64,000 bases of DNA from Octopus bimaculoides (taxonomy: Eukaryota), in the NCBI RefSeq assembly GCF_001194135.2, contig NC_068982.1, positions 161,540,799-161,604,798 on the forward strand. Direction: 5' to 3'. A program made the position numbers and the translations under genes. Under the pieces are notes generated by a model. It saw nothing but the letters and a program-made list of their open reading frames with translations. It was not told the origin of the DNA and did not search any database. Positions within the stretch are counted from its first letter, which is position 1, and each line of letters starts with the position of its first letter. Below are positions 47,402 through 56,702 of the stretch, piece by piece.

Positions 47402-49480
47402 TCATCATCATCATCGTTTAGAATCCACTTTCCATGCTGGCATGGGTTGGATGGCTTGACTGAACTGGTAGACCAGGGAGCTGCACCAGGTTCCAATCTG
47501 ATTTGGCAAGGTTTCTATGGCTGAATGCCAGTGGCATTGGCTATTAGTACGATTTCATTTGGCTTGACAGGTCTTCTCAGCACAGCTTATTGCCATATAT
47601 ATATATATAGCATCGCCATGCGGATAATGATAATGGTGAAATATATATATGATTAAGTCTTGTATCCCCAGCATTCTGAATTACCATGTTACCAATTATA
47701 CAACCAAATGTTTGTCTGTCTCTTTTCAAATTAGACTATAAATGTTGTAAACTAACCTCGGTGAAGAAACGTGTAGATGGGGAAAATATTACCTTGCTTG
47801 GTAAAAAGTAAGGGTTGTCAACAGAAAGGGTAACTGGCTGTAGAAAATCTGCCTCAATGAATTCCATCTGACATATGCAAGCATGGAATATAAGATGCTA
47901 AATGCTGCTGCTGTCTACATTGTCCAGTATTTCCTTCTCATTTTGAGATGATAGTATGATTTGAGGGAGATTTAGCTGGTCAAAAGACCACCTTTGGGGC
48001 TCTCTTTTTTAACTGAATGTATTAACTTTTTATGACTACCAGGTGATAAAAATTGTATTTATTTCCAGGGATTGTGACCTTAACTAATTCAAAATTTGAT
48101 ACACAACTACAAATTATCCCACTAATGGCAGGATTTCTCCCTTTCCCTCTCATTACTCTGGCTAAATACAAACCCAAAACAGATTCTTCAGGTAACTGAT
48201 TTTTGTTTATTTATTCATTTTACTAATCAAATACTTCATATTCTATGCCTCCTTGTAGAATGTTTTGCTTTCTTGTGTTACAGTGCTTCATGTTGTATAT
48301 AATGGTACTGTCATATATAGTAGTTCACTGTATGATAACAGATTGTTTCACAATTATGCTTCAAAAATGTTCTGAAGTGGGATCTCAGAACTTTTTGTGG
48401 TATGAGACTAAATAATTGGGTGTTTAGAGAGATGGCAGTTACTGCTGTTGTGATATAAACTATTGATCTTTCAGCCAAGCAGTATAATAGTTTGCTAGCA
48501 AAACCTGTGGAAATTTGAGGTTTTATAGAAATGTTCTTATTTCTATTTTAATGCATGTATATTTTAGCTCTTCATAACATTGTTTCATTATGTTAAAGTT
48601 TTTGATTATACCTTCAGTTTCATTCCATAGTTCAGATTGTTTAACCATTTTTCTGTTAAAATACATTTCTTTTGTTTCAATTAATTTTGAAAACAATCAA
48701 AGATAAGTTATGAGTGAAATAACTGTTATTATTAAACTGGACATAAATTAACTTGAAATTTTGATGAATGATTTTAATTTAGATCACTTAGGCAATCTCA
48801 GGAAGGTTGATATATAAAGGGTTAAAGTGTAACATTTGGACACATGAATACCACTGTGGCAAACAGAATATTGTAGATTATCAGCTCAGTCAACCATAAC
48901 TTATAACAATTACTGAAATTAAGTATGTACTACATCTCTTTAGTTAGAAGGGAGGTGGGAATGTGACCATGGTTTTTGTAGACCCTTCTAGATTGTTAAA
49001 TGGTCAATGTAGATGATACTTAGCTTGCAAATACGGAAGCAAAAATTATTTATGTAATGCTCCAGATGAATACAATTTATAAGATTTTATAAAAATTACA
49101 TAAAACATTTGTGATATTAGAAGATAATGAGCAATGGTCTGAGACAACTTAGATAAACAGGTCCACTGACAGAACACAATATTGTTCCAAAATATCTTTG
49201 TAACATCTGTTTGAATTACAGTTTTGTTCAAATATTTCAGTCATTTATATTACTTTTACTTGTTAAATTTTATTTCTCATCTGTAAATGTCATCTGATAT
49301 ATGATTTCCATACATTTGTCTTTATTTTTACATACAGAAGACAGTGAAAATGATCCATCTTGCGACTTTTACAAAGAACATTTTAAAAGTGAGCAGGTGC
49401 ACAACAGCAGCCTAGGCAAACAAATACACATATATTCTGAGCAAAGCAGTGGTAACTTAGAAACAATGATGGTTTACTGA
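17733..49480 (+). CDS. TRAPPC10: Trafficking protein particle complex subunit 10 (TRAPP II, Trs130/TMEM1 orthologue); complete 22-exon CDS, 3399 nt, 1132 aa
   Basis: 22 exons join in frame with GT-AG ends. Peptides METKPVVTC, PFFHIYWTEC, EELAFMFEML, YLFSRQCALL, CWVFLSCLEVL, WAVCGR, PLMAGFLP and QVHNSSLG match human TRAPPC10 as remembered. Confidence 0.96.
18050..18324. mobile_element. Possible hAT-type MITE
   Basis: Ends cagcgattttcaacc... and ...ggtagaaagcatctg resemble CAGxGGTTCTCAAC hAT TIRs; no clean TSD. Confidence 0.35.
18385..18600 (+). mobile_element. Nin-domain-like SINE
   Basis: gagttcaaactccgccgaagtcggctttgcccttcgtcctttgaggatcgataaaataagtaccagttg; resembles the Nin domain from memory. 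Confidence 0.7.
20430..20625 (+). mobile_element. RTE 3'-tail copy, well preserved
   Basis: Ends ccatgctagcatggaaagcggacgttaaacga(tga)n. Confidence 0.8.
20969..21050 (+). CDS. TRAPPC10: TRAPPC10 exon 2 (YGDSSLF...LPKEATEWK)
   Basis: aacaag|GT...AAAG|gttagt. Confidence 0.9.
21500..21632 (+). CDS. TRAPPC10: TRAPPC10 exon 3 (SYGRSSK...PFFHIYWTEC)
   Basis: ttttag|A...TGT|gtatgt. Confidence 0.93.
22837..23030 (+). CDS. TRAPPC10: TRAPPC10 exon 4 (DVDNYKQ...DFCGKQVD)
   Basis: tgccag|GAT...AG|gtaagt. Confidence 0.94.
23178..23370 (-). mobile_element. RTE 3'-tail copy
   Basis: (atc)n gtttaacgtctactttccatgctagcatggg. Confidence 0.75.
23425..23700 (+). mobile_element. Penelope-like element 3' remnant
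   Basis: YYNNSSKHCN resembles the YNNxSKRCNLC end of Penelope GIY-YIG ORFs and is followed by a hammerhead motif. Confidence 0.45.
23575..23670 (+). ncRNA. Degenerate type I hammerhead ribozyme with long stem II, sense in TRAPPC10 intron 4
   Basis: CUGAGGA at 23583-23589, stem II with wobbles, GAAA at 23648-23651, C-GGCU-GUA; stem I poorly paired. Confidence 0.55.
24515..24710 (+). CDS. TRAPPC10: TRAPPC10 exon 5 (CIVLTEP...WSFSEYFLVQ)
   Basis: ttcaag|A...CAG|gtaact. Confidence 0.94.
25285..25396 (+). CDS. TRAPPC10: TRAPPC10 exon 6 (EELAFMFEML...NHAAG)
   Basis: tttcag|GAA...G|gtaggt. Confidence 0.95.
25899..26146 (+). CDS. TRAPPC10: TRAPPC10 exon 7 (TVDWLTPF...YLFSRQC...EMKTLE)
   Basis: ttccag|AA...GAG|gtatag. 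Confidence 0.94.
26945..27094 (+). CDS. TRAPPC10: TRAPPC10 exon 8 (IEMPEGSLACWVFLSCLEVL...YARKK)
   Basis: tttcag|ATT...AAA|gtaagt. Confidence 0.94.
27180..27400 (+). mobile_element. Nin-domain-like SINE
   Basis: ggtcgactttgcctttcatcctttcaaggtctataaaataag; same family as 18385-18600. Confidence 0.65.
28936..29053 (+). CDS. TRAPPC10: TRAPPC10 exon 9 (LKELGVLCGLMP...GINEEE)
   Basis: ttgcag|TTA...G|gtgagt. Confidence 0.93.
29110..29540. repeat. ATC-rich degenerate tandem repeat
   Basis: Recurrent atcatcacattt(g/a)tc(a/t)tc units. Confidence 0.7.
30470..30552 (+). CDS. TRAPPC10: TRAPPC10 exon 10 (STTGSP...LREALSS...RHYL)
   Basis: ttctag|CA...TTG|gtaaat. Confidence 0.92.
32316..32407 (+). CDS. 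TRAPPC10: TRAPPC10 exon 11 (DLSELAMGTYKHIGRMRSA...AEFY)
   Basis: atttag|GAT...AT|gtaaga. Confidence 0.94.
33380..33508 (-). ncRNA. Type I hammerhead ribozyme with extended stem II (Penelope/retrozyme-like), antisense in TRAPPC10 intron 11
   Basis: Minus strand: AAUCU-CUGAAGA-GGCCUAGC-(84 nt)-GCUAGGCC-GAAA-C-AGCU-GUA-AGAUU. Stem I (5 bp) and stem II (8 bp) are perfect; palindromic minimal stem III; GUA cleavage triplet. Confidence 0.8.
34205..34345 (+). CDS. TRAPPC10: TRAPPC10 exon 12 (KQESPQKAE...EGW...SNPL)
   Basis: tcatag|G...AA|gtatcctttt (U12-type donor). Confidence 0.9.
34346..35725 (+). other. U12-type (minor spliceosome) GT-AG intron 12 of TRAPPC10
   Basis: Donor GTATCCTTTT; branch-like TTCCTGAT at 35706-35713, 13 nt from the 3' AG; no long polypyrimidine tract. 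Confidence 0.75.
35726..35829 (+). CDS. TRAPPC10: TRAPPC10 exon 13 (YAKTACYIV...ELIQLSRSDD)
   Basis: ctctag|A...G|gtaagt. Confidence 0.88.
37011..37504 (+). CDS. TRAPPC10: TRAPPC10 exon 14 (NSLYIQ...IKPGVNLVTVKSQVD)
   Basis: ttctttcaag|GT...GAT|gtgagt; 494 nt open. The 5' boundary is somewhat less certain. Confidence 0.86.
38227..38374 (+). CDS. TRAPPC10: TRAPPC10 exon 15 (SCKRGLYKLGQLCIEVG...PSAKI)
   Basis: tttcag|AGC...G|gtaagt. Confidence 0.9.
38465..39085. mobile_element. Two RTE 3'-tail copies in opposite orientation either side of an assembly gap
   Basis: 38465-38820 is reverse and 38980-39085 is forward. Confidence 0.65.
38863..38973. other. Assembly gap
   Basis: Run of N. Confidence 0.99.
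39485..39570. repeat. Compound (TCTG)n/(GCCT)n microsatellite
   Basis: Seen directly. Confidence 0.9.
39692..39921 (+). CDS. TRAPPC10: TRAPPC10 exon 16 (ELISGIKQ...DPAEAT)
   Basis: ttttcag|GT...ACT|gtaagt. Confidence 0.88.
40150..40620. repeat. Diverged about 38-bp minisatellite (tactgttgttaaacactgaataactagtggtacaagg-like), roughly a dozen units
   Basis: Periodic tactgtt(g/a)ttaaa cores throughout TRAPPC10 intron 16. Confidence 0.7.
41046..41146 (+). CDS. TRAPPC10: TRAPPC10 exon 17 (LTFESSF...FYPPLQFSHKVFSCQE)
   Basis: ttccag|TTA...AG|gtaagc. Confidence 0.87.
42883..42964. other. Assembly gap between (TA)n and (AG)n tracts
   Basis: Run of N. Confidence 0.99.
43000..43180 (+). mobile_element. 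RTE 3'-tail copy
   Basis: aaagcacccagcacacactgtaaagtggttggc...caacccatgcc...(gat)n. Confidence 0.65.
43501..43627 (+). CDS. TRAPPC10: TRAPPC10 exon 18 (KYIQVEV...HFDKWQ)
   Basis: ttgcag|G...CAG|gttagt; resembles human RKYVQVCVQ. Confidence 0.9.
44553..44720 (+). CDS. TRAPPC10: TRAPPC10 exon 19 (EVHNDQSICYMWQL...LENIQ)
   Basis: atctag|GAA...CAG|gtaagt. Confidence 0.86.
45582..45768 (+). CDS. TRAPPC10: TRAPPC10 exon 20 (TLYMITS...LLYEVVVDHLMWAVCGRVT)
   Basis: tttcag|ACA...G|gtaaac. Confidence 0.93.
45855..45990 (+). mobile_element. RTE 3'-tail copy
   Basis: agggcatccagccgtagaaacc...ccatgccagcatggaaaatagatgttaaa(tga)n. Confidence 0.7.
46230..46386. other. Assembly gap
   Basis: Run of N. Confidence 0.99.
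47359..47368. other. Assembly gap
   Basis: Run of N. Confidence 0.99.
47400..47600 (-). mobile_element. RTE 3'-tail copy
   Basis: (atc)n gtttagaatccactttccatgctggcatggg. Confidence 0.7.
48069..48191 (+). CDS. TRAPPC10: TRAPPC10 exon 21 (IVTLTNS...IIPLMAGFLPFP...TDSS)
   Basis: ttccag|GG...G|gtaact. Confidence 0.92.
49338..49480 (+). CDS. TRAPPC10: TRAPPC10 exon 22 (DSENDP...QVHNSSLGKQI...MMVY*)
   Basis: atacag|AA...TGA at 49478-49480. Confidence 0.9.
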
Positions 49481-50364
49481 AAACATTGGTTCACAAGCAA
49501 AGAGAGAAGTTCTAACCAATTAAAACTATTTTGTTCGATATCCTCCCACTCCTTTCCTAACATGGATTGCTAATGTTGTTACATATGTTTTCTCCACTGC
49601 CTTCCTTGCTAACACAGACTGGCTGGATCTACAACAAGCATATGCAGAAATCTTCACAGTGACAATTGAATTTCCTTCCTTATATCTTGTCCGCTGGCCA
49701 GTGGTTACTAAATTCACTGAGTGGTCTTACTCAAAAGCACAATATATGTCATAATACTACATTTTTTAAGTACAAATTTAAACACTCTCAAAAAAAAAAT
49801 TAAAATAGACTCAAGGTAAATTAGATAATCTCAAAGCAATTTAAAATGTTCTGAAAACAACTTAAAATAATTTCACTACAGATAAAATAGATATTTAGAT
49901 AAAATATAATAAATGTCTGTTTTGAAGCATTTGACTGATTCATTTCAAACCTGGATTCATTTCACTGTTTACTTAGGCCTATAGTGCTGTCTTTACTTAT
50001 AGTGACAAAAGTCAGCCTCAAAGCAATGATAGCTTGTTTCAAATTACATGTTTTAGGTTTCACTCTTAGTGAAATTCCAGTACAAGTACCAATAGTTTGA
50101 AGCAGAGAAGCAAATGGAGATCACACAAAAAGACTACACTTAAAACTCATCTGTGTACTGTTTCCCACTGAATGAAAAGATTGGGAATCCTTTGTTGCCA
50201 CACATAGTATTAAGAAGACAATAGAGTATATAAATATTGTGCAGATATCCATGACAAAGTCAAGAAAATAAAGCATGAACATTTTAAGTCACTTGTTGAT
50301 TGGTTAAATGAATGCCCACAATTCACATTGAAAAATCTTTGCAAATATTTACTTTCAATGTTTG

Positions 50365-50385
50365 AATAAACTGTGTCACAATAAA
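50365..50385 (+). terminator. Candidate TRAPPC10 polyadenylation signals (two AATAAA)
   Basis: AATAAA at 50365-50370 and 50380-50385, about 0.9 kb after the stop; motif only, in AT-rich DNA. Confidence 0.35.
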
Positions 50386-51127
50386 CTATAGCAAGACATC
50401 TTGATGGAAGATTTCATTGAAGAATGTCTTTATTCATAAGCATACAAAAGAAATTTTGATAATTGTTCAAGAAGTGTTGCCAGTTAAAATTAAACAGTAA
50501 TTTATTACTCATTAGATAAATGTATAAAACTATATATAGTTTGATTACTTAATTAGAAAAAGAGATTTAATTTGCTTTGATATTATTTCAATTTGCATTG
50601 AGTTCATTTTTATGCTTTGAGGTATTTTGATTTTTACTTGAAAAATGTAGATTGTTTTCAGTGTTCATGTAGATGTTTTAGTCATTTCAAACAAAAAACA
50701 ATATGCAAATTAGCACAGCATTATGTGGCCAAATCTATTTATTCTATGTAGCTATTGTCTATTTACTTTCAGCATCAGAATTACACAAGCTGTGATGAGG
50801 TTTTGAAGAAGTGTGCAAAGAGTTTGATATTCGTGTCATACTGCCAAGAAGTTGCAGTATATTCCCTGAGTTTCATTCCATAGCAACAAACACATCTATA
50901 GGTTTTGGTTGTGTTACTGAAACATACAAAAATGCTCAGTACATCATTGTTAGAAATGTGTAGAGTCATATATATATATATGTGTGTGTGTTTACAAATT
51001 AACAATATGTAGTCTAAAACATAACTATACTTCAGTATAGTAGATTTAACTTCCATGCTGAGTTGCTATTAATAAAATTAGTCACCATAACCTGCAGCTC
51101 AGGAGTTGGTCAACATACAATTGTTTC

Positions 51128-51257
51128 TTAAATAAGCTTTGTAACTGATAACTGGAAGAAAGCAAATGAAATATAAAGCCACTAAAGAAATTCTACTCAA
51201 ATGAAAATCAATCATACATACATGTATGTGTGTATGTATGTATGTATATATGTGTGT

Positions 51258-51298
<41 letters not shown>

Positions 51299-51323
51299 TG
51301 TATACATACACATATCTGTGCAT

Positions 51324-51382
<59 letters not shown>

Positions 51383-51642
51383 CACACACACACACTGTAT
51401 TTGATGGTATAAATGATGCAGAGGCATATTAGATGCACTTCAATTTCAGAAGTGCAAATCCAGAAAAAAATATTTTTAGGGTATTAAAGCTTATGGGAGG
51501 CCCAACTTTGCATATATGGCCCTGGGTGATTATTTTTTTTTGAAAAAAAAGTGCACCATGTGTGTATACTTAACATAAATATATTTTTGTATATACATGT
51601 GTATATATATATATATACATATATACATACATGTATGTGTAT

Positions 51643-51699
<57 letters not shown>

Positions 51700-51737
51700 G
51701 CTATGTATACATATGTACATACATACACACGACTACA

Positions 51738-51779
<42 letters not shown>

Positions 51780-54700
51780 CACACTCAGAAGAAAAGAAAA
51801 AGGTTCTACTTTGACTGTATGAATTAACGATTCACAATCAAGTGAAAAAAATTTTATTTTTTAGAATTATGGAGTTGGTTATGAATTGACTCAAAAGGGA
51901 AAATAATTTATAAAGAAAGATGTATTATGTTAAAGATTTTTGTTTGTTTAAAAAATGTTGAATTTTAATTTATAAGAATGTATCAAATATTCATTTATAT
52001 TGTTTCCTTTTTTGTTTTTGTTTCATAATTTCATCAGACAATATACATCCATGTTATTACTATAGATGTTTTGCTGATAGCATCCCCCCTCCTGCCAATC
52101 AAAGTAATGTTACTACTCAAATAAATTTATCCAGATTCATATGTATAACATCATGCTTGCTGTAGAATTTGAATGCTTACTTTACGAACCGAAATCTGGC
52201 TACAGTAACAGTACTTATTTAGTAATGCCTTATATTATATTTTATTACCAAAAAGTCAATTCTGAATCTCTAGTAAATGTCTGTTGTTGACTATACACCC
52301 AGCTAATAAAGGCGGGTAAGTTTTATTAATATATATTTTTAAGATTTAATCATTATGAGGAAGTTCTCATGATTGTCTTTCCTCTGTTGTTGGTCAGACT
52401 AATATGGTTTATTTACCTTGATGATGTCTGCAGAAACACCAGAAGGTTGCTATTCTGGGAAGAAAGAATAGGGTTAAAAAAAAAAAAAAAGTGAACGATA
52501 CTGGTCTCAGTGAAATAGTATTTGATATACCGGTATTTGATTCAGTCGTAACTGAATGAATGGCAAAGACTCACTAGCATAGTGCAACCTCTAGCCGACA
52601 AACATGCAGTCTCCTTACTCTGCCTTTATTCTTTCTTCTGTTGTAACTTCTACTGTATCTCACTGCCAAGCCCCCTACCACCATCACTCTTTTAGTCCAT
52701 TCTTCCTTCCTTTCCAGAATGACAGCCTGTAATTTCAGCAGACATCATCTCAGTTATTCAAAGTAAACAAACTATATCAGTTCAATGCCTTGGTTTTGTA
52801 TATGGACCAGGATGGCTTTGTGCACAGCCACAGCATTGTCACATATGTGGAAGCTGTGCTCTTGTGGGTCTCATAGTATCAGCCAGTATTGGGGGTGGAA
52901 ATATTTTCTGGCACTGAACAGGAAAATCAGTCTTTGAGATGTTTTATCAGCGTTTAGAATGTGCTTTCGTCAAGAGAGATCCTCATTGATAATGAGGTCC
53001 TGCATTTGGAGCAACCATGACTGGGTGAGATTCACATTGTAGGCCTTGCTTTTTCACTTGATCAGCTGCAGTGTAACTATGAATAAACCACTTGGAGGAC
53101 TTAGGGTTTTGAGTTTTTGTTGTGTATGGCATATGGAGAAACATGTTTAAAAGAATGGCTTCAGTAACTCAGCTGTTTTCTGTGGGTCAGGAATAACTGG
53201 AAAAGCTCTAACTCCTTGACTGACTTGAAGTGCCAGAGTGTTTGGAGTAGGTGAAGAGGTACTTTGTAGTATATGATTGCATGTTGGACATTTACAAGGA
53301 AGCAGTGATCAAATGACTTGATGGGTGTAGTCAGTCAGGATTTGGCAGAGGTTAAGCTTTGAAGTAAAAAAATTACAATGAGTATTTGAATGGAGGTGGA
53401 AGTACGACTGTATACTTAAAAAATGTTTCACCACTTTTATAATTTTTCCACCTCTGTTACTTTGATTTACAACATGCCTCTTGATTTCCAGTTCAATAAT
53501 GTCATACTTCTTGTTCTCACACCACTGGCTCCGCCGTTATTGCCTGTTATGTGTTGGAGTGATTGGATAAAACTTCCAACTGACATTGTAATGTCACAGG
53601 GTGACAATAATTGTCTTTACAGAATGAAAATGAGTCGCTAATGTCATTTATTGTGCAATGGCTGAACTTCTGAACAGGCATGGCATTCAAAATGTGAATT
53701 CACATGCAGGGTTGTTAGTAAGTTAGGGAATATCATACTGTAAGAATGACAGAGAGGGAAAATAACCAGGGTTGCCTCCAACCAGAAAACTTAATGGAAA
53801 AGTGGGCTTTAGCTTATATAATACAGCAAATCAAAATAGTTCTGAGGATAATCATGTAAAATGACTAATTCTAGAAAGGAAAAAAATAAAAAGCAAGGGA
53901 GACAATCCCAAAATTTTATAAATCACTTAGAATAATTTATAATAGCCTTTTTGCCTTAAATTTTGTATGTTTTCAAAGACAAAAATTATACTGACATTCT
54001 AACATCGATTTTTTTTTCTCTTTCTGAAAATGTTTGCATGTTACAAATGTGTCATAGTGTAACCAGGAAGACATTTTAGAGGGAAGTGTAAATGCTATTG
54101 TGACAGTCATGCCTTTCTAAGCAGCTACATTTTAAGGAACATTAAGATAGTGATGATTTCCAACATAAACGATGCAAATACTATAAAGCATCATTATTGT
54201 ATTTGCTTTTTTCATGCTAGCATGAGTTGGATAAGATTTATTGAGGTAGTATATATGCCCTTCCTGATGTCAACTCTCACCTGTTTTTAAGTAAGGCATT
54301 TTCATTTCATGTCACAACCACCATTCTACAGAACATATTGTTTACAGGAAACATCAGTCACCCAAACACAGTGTCTCTGCAAAGAGCAAAATAAACAATC
54401 ATGCACATATAGATTTGTTTGTTTTACATCTTTTTTTCATGTGAACATGGGTTGGATGAATGCTTCTTTTTGAAGCATAATTTACAGCTGAGTAAACTTT
54501 CTGATGATAACACTTGCCATTTTTCTCAAGTAAGGTATTTTTTTATTCCATTTGTGTCAACACCATTGTTGCTCAAATGGTTTCATGTGAAACTGCAAAA
54601 TATAAGATGCCTACATTGCATACGCACAAATGATATGGTTTGTTTACCAATTTCACTGACAAGGCATCGATCAGTCCATGTCTATAGTAGAAGACATCTG

Positions 54701-55610
54701 CCTAAAGTGTCACATTAAATCATAAAACAAAAAAAAATGTAAACATGCCAGAATCACTAACTTGAGCAGGTAAATATTCACTGGGGAGTTTCTCCAGTGA
54801 TCTGCATTGTGGATGGGGGACCATTGACCAGTGTGTACATGCCAGGTTATAACACTTAACGCCGTTTCTTGGTAAAACAGTGCTACGCAAACGCCAAACA
54901 CTACAATGATCTTTTCTTTAACAACAAAGAAGCAGATGTCTGCTTATCCTGACTGCCTCATTTACTATAGAACTTCAAAAATACTTGAAGAGAAAAGACA
55001 AGACTAGTTTCTGATTACATCCCAGCCGTCATCCAGAAGAGCCCTACCCTCTACAAATATCTGTTGGACTTGTGTAAGAAGACCTATAAAAAAAAAAACA
55101 AGCCAACAATCTTCTCAGTCTTCAATTATTCATTCAACTCACCACAAAAAAAAAAAAAAAAATCACAGCACTTTTTCCTGCCTCATTTCTACAGAGGAAT
55201 TACACTCGTCTCTAGCCTTAAATTCTACAACTTAATGCCCACTAAATGGAACTGCCCCTCATATCAAACCCAAACTACAATAGAACTAAAACAGCTTCTG
55301 CAAAGACAGAATAACACTACTGCAAATGTTTGTCCTTAGAAGGATCATAGCAGAGCTCTGAATCTCCAAGTAAAAGAATTCAATTCTATTTATGAATTTC
55401 TCCACAGCATTTAATAGTATCAAATTAAAAATAGAAAACCACAAAATTACATACCAGTAACTTACTAATTAGAAAATGGTTAATTAAGTATTCAGGAACA
55501 GGACAAGTAACCAAAAAGTTGGCAATATGTATCCTGTCATTGATAGTTCGTATCCTATTTAATGGTTCAGTCCATTTATGTAAGGGCCACAAAGTACAAA
55601 GCAACTCCAT
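51128..55610 (-). CDS. Candidate unannotated multi-exon ORF of about 96 aa: join(55466-55610,55019-55083,52417-52454,52181-52199,51128-51151); no recognised homolog
   Basis: Five segments, each with a polypyrimidine-AG acceptor and GT donor, whose phases chain without a stop until TAA at 51130-51128. No protein family recognised; could be non-coding. Confidence 0.3.
51205..51790. repeat. Compound (TA)n/(CA)n/(TG)n microsatellite blocks
   Basis: Seen directly; source of the many YI/IY ORFs. Other (TA)n tracts at about 1535-1580, 23370-23415, 25185-25245 and 56367-56406. Confidence 0.9.
52560..53760 (-). mobile_element. Highly degenerate CR1/L2-like LINE fragment
   Basis: Decayed [13 protein letters not shown] and ASHIW-like RT C-terminal peptides with many stops; related pieces at 9480-10160 and 12150-12720. 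Confidence 0.5.
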
Positions 55611-55810
55611 TACTCCTAGGACAGACAGCTTGCTCTCAAGGTGTATTAATCAGTTAAAAGTTTAGCATCTGTGGGCAAGCTGATTTGTCCTAAATATACA
55701 CTTCATGAAGACTGCTTCCAGTGGTAACAATGAACAATGTTTATGACAAGAAACAAATACTTTTTATTCACAAATTAAAATACTATATATATATATATTT
55801 ATATATCAGT

Positions 55811-56111
55811 ACCCCCTGACTGGCTCCCGTAGGATTTTCGAGCGAGATCGTTGCCAGTGCCCCTGGACTGGCTTGTGCGGGTGGCACATAAAAGACACCA
55901 TTTCGAGCGTGGCCGTTTTCGTGCGGGTGACACGTAAAAGCACCCACTACACTCTCTGAGTGGTTGGCGTTAGGAAGGGCATCCAGCAGTAGAAACTCTG
56001 CCAAATTAGACTGGAGCCTGGTGTTGCCATCCGGTTTCACCAGTCCTCAGTCAAATCGTCCAACCCATGCTAGCATGGAAAGCGGACGTTAAACGATGAT
56101 GATGATGATGA
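55811..56111 (+). mobile_element. RTE 3'-tail copy, young and well preserved
   Basis: CpG-rich units plus the canonical tail ...ccatgctagcatggaaagcggacgttaaacga(tga)n. Confidence 0.8.
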
Positions 56112-56364
56112 TATATATACATATATATAAGGAGAATTCATGAAAAAACAACAGATTTAGATTACCCTGACAAAAACAATGCTTATTTATACACATTATT
56201 TTGAATTAATAATGCATTATCTTGTAGCTTCAAGAGTTCGATGATACAATTGTTTATTTTTAGAATGACATTCCAGAGTAGTTGTCAGAGGCTGAACCAG
56301 GCTGGTTTAAACTTAAAACAGGTAGAATATTTGGGCTAAATACGGCCAGTTTAAACGCTAAATG

Positions 56365-56410
<46 letters not shown>

Positions 56411-56669
56411 GTATTATTACAAAGAAAATCAATTTAGACAACATCAAGAGATATTTGAAAACATCCTGTGTGAATTTTAACAAATGGTATGATTTTTATG
56501 TGGGGGGAAACTATACAATTTAATTGAAACATTTTGAATCCTGAATATCAAATAGTCTAAATATAAAATTTAAAAAAAAAAAAATTACACATACAAAAAA
56601 AAAAATTAATATTTATTTATAAATAATGAATACAAAATGGAATCCATTACACATGCTGTATCTTTCTCT

Positions 56670-56702
56670 TCAAGTTTCTGGACCCTCACTACCAGGTACC
56701 AA
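56670..56702 (-). CDS. LSM5: LSM5 last coding exon (LVPGSEGPET*)
   Basis: ttttcag|TTG...TGA; AATAAA on the minus strand at 56617-56612. Confidence 0.93.
   Translation of the reverse strand: MVPGSEGPET

Noticed and set aside
51433-51461. Short hairpin tgcactt-caatttcag-aagtgca
   Set aside because: A 7-bp stem is expected by chance in AT-rich DNA and has no supporting context.
51099-51827. Many 60-100 aa ORFs rich in YI/IY/CV
   Set aside because: These are translations of dinucleotide microsatellites; the same applies to ORFs near 1150-1680, 23223, 42754-43135 and 47290-47524.
55630-55670. Possible AT-AC (U12) acceptor with CTTTTAAC branch upstream of the 55615 segment
   Set aside because: No matching ATATCCTT or GTATCCTT donor was found upstream on the minus strand.
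56630-56701. Open frame WYLVVRVQKLEEKDTACVMDSI, and a possible in-frame UGA if spliced to 55615 (selenoprotein idea)
   Set aside because: It is the alternative frame of the LSM5 last exon and 3' UTR; the donor is poor and no SECIS was seen.
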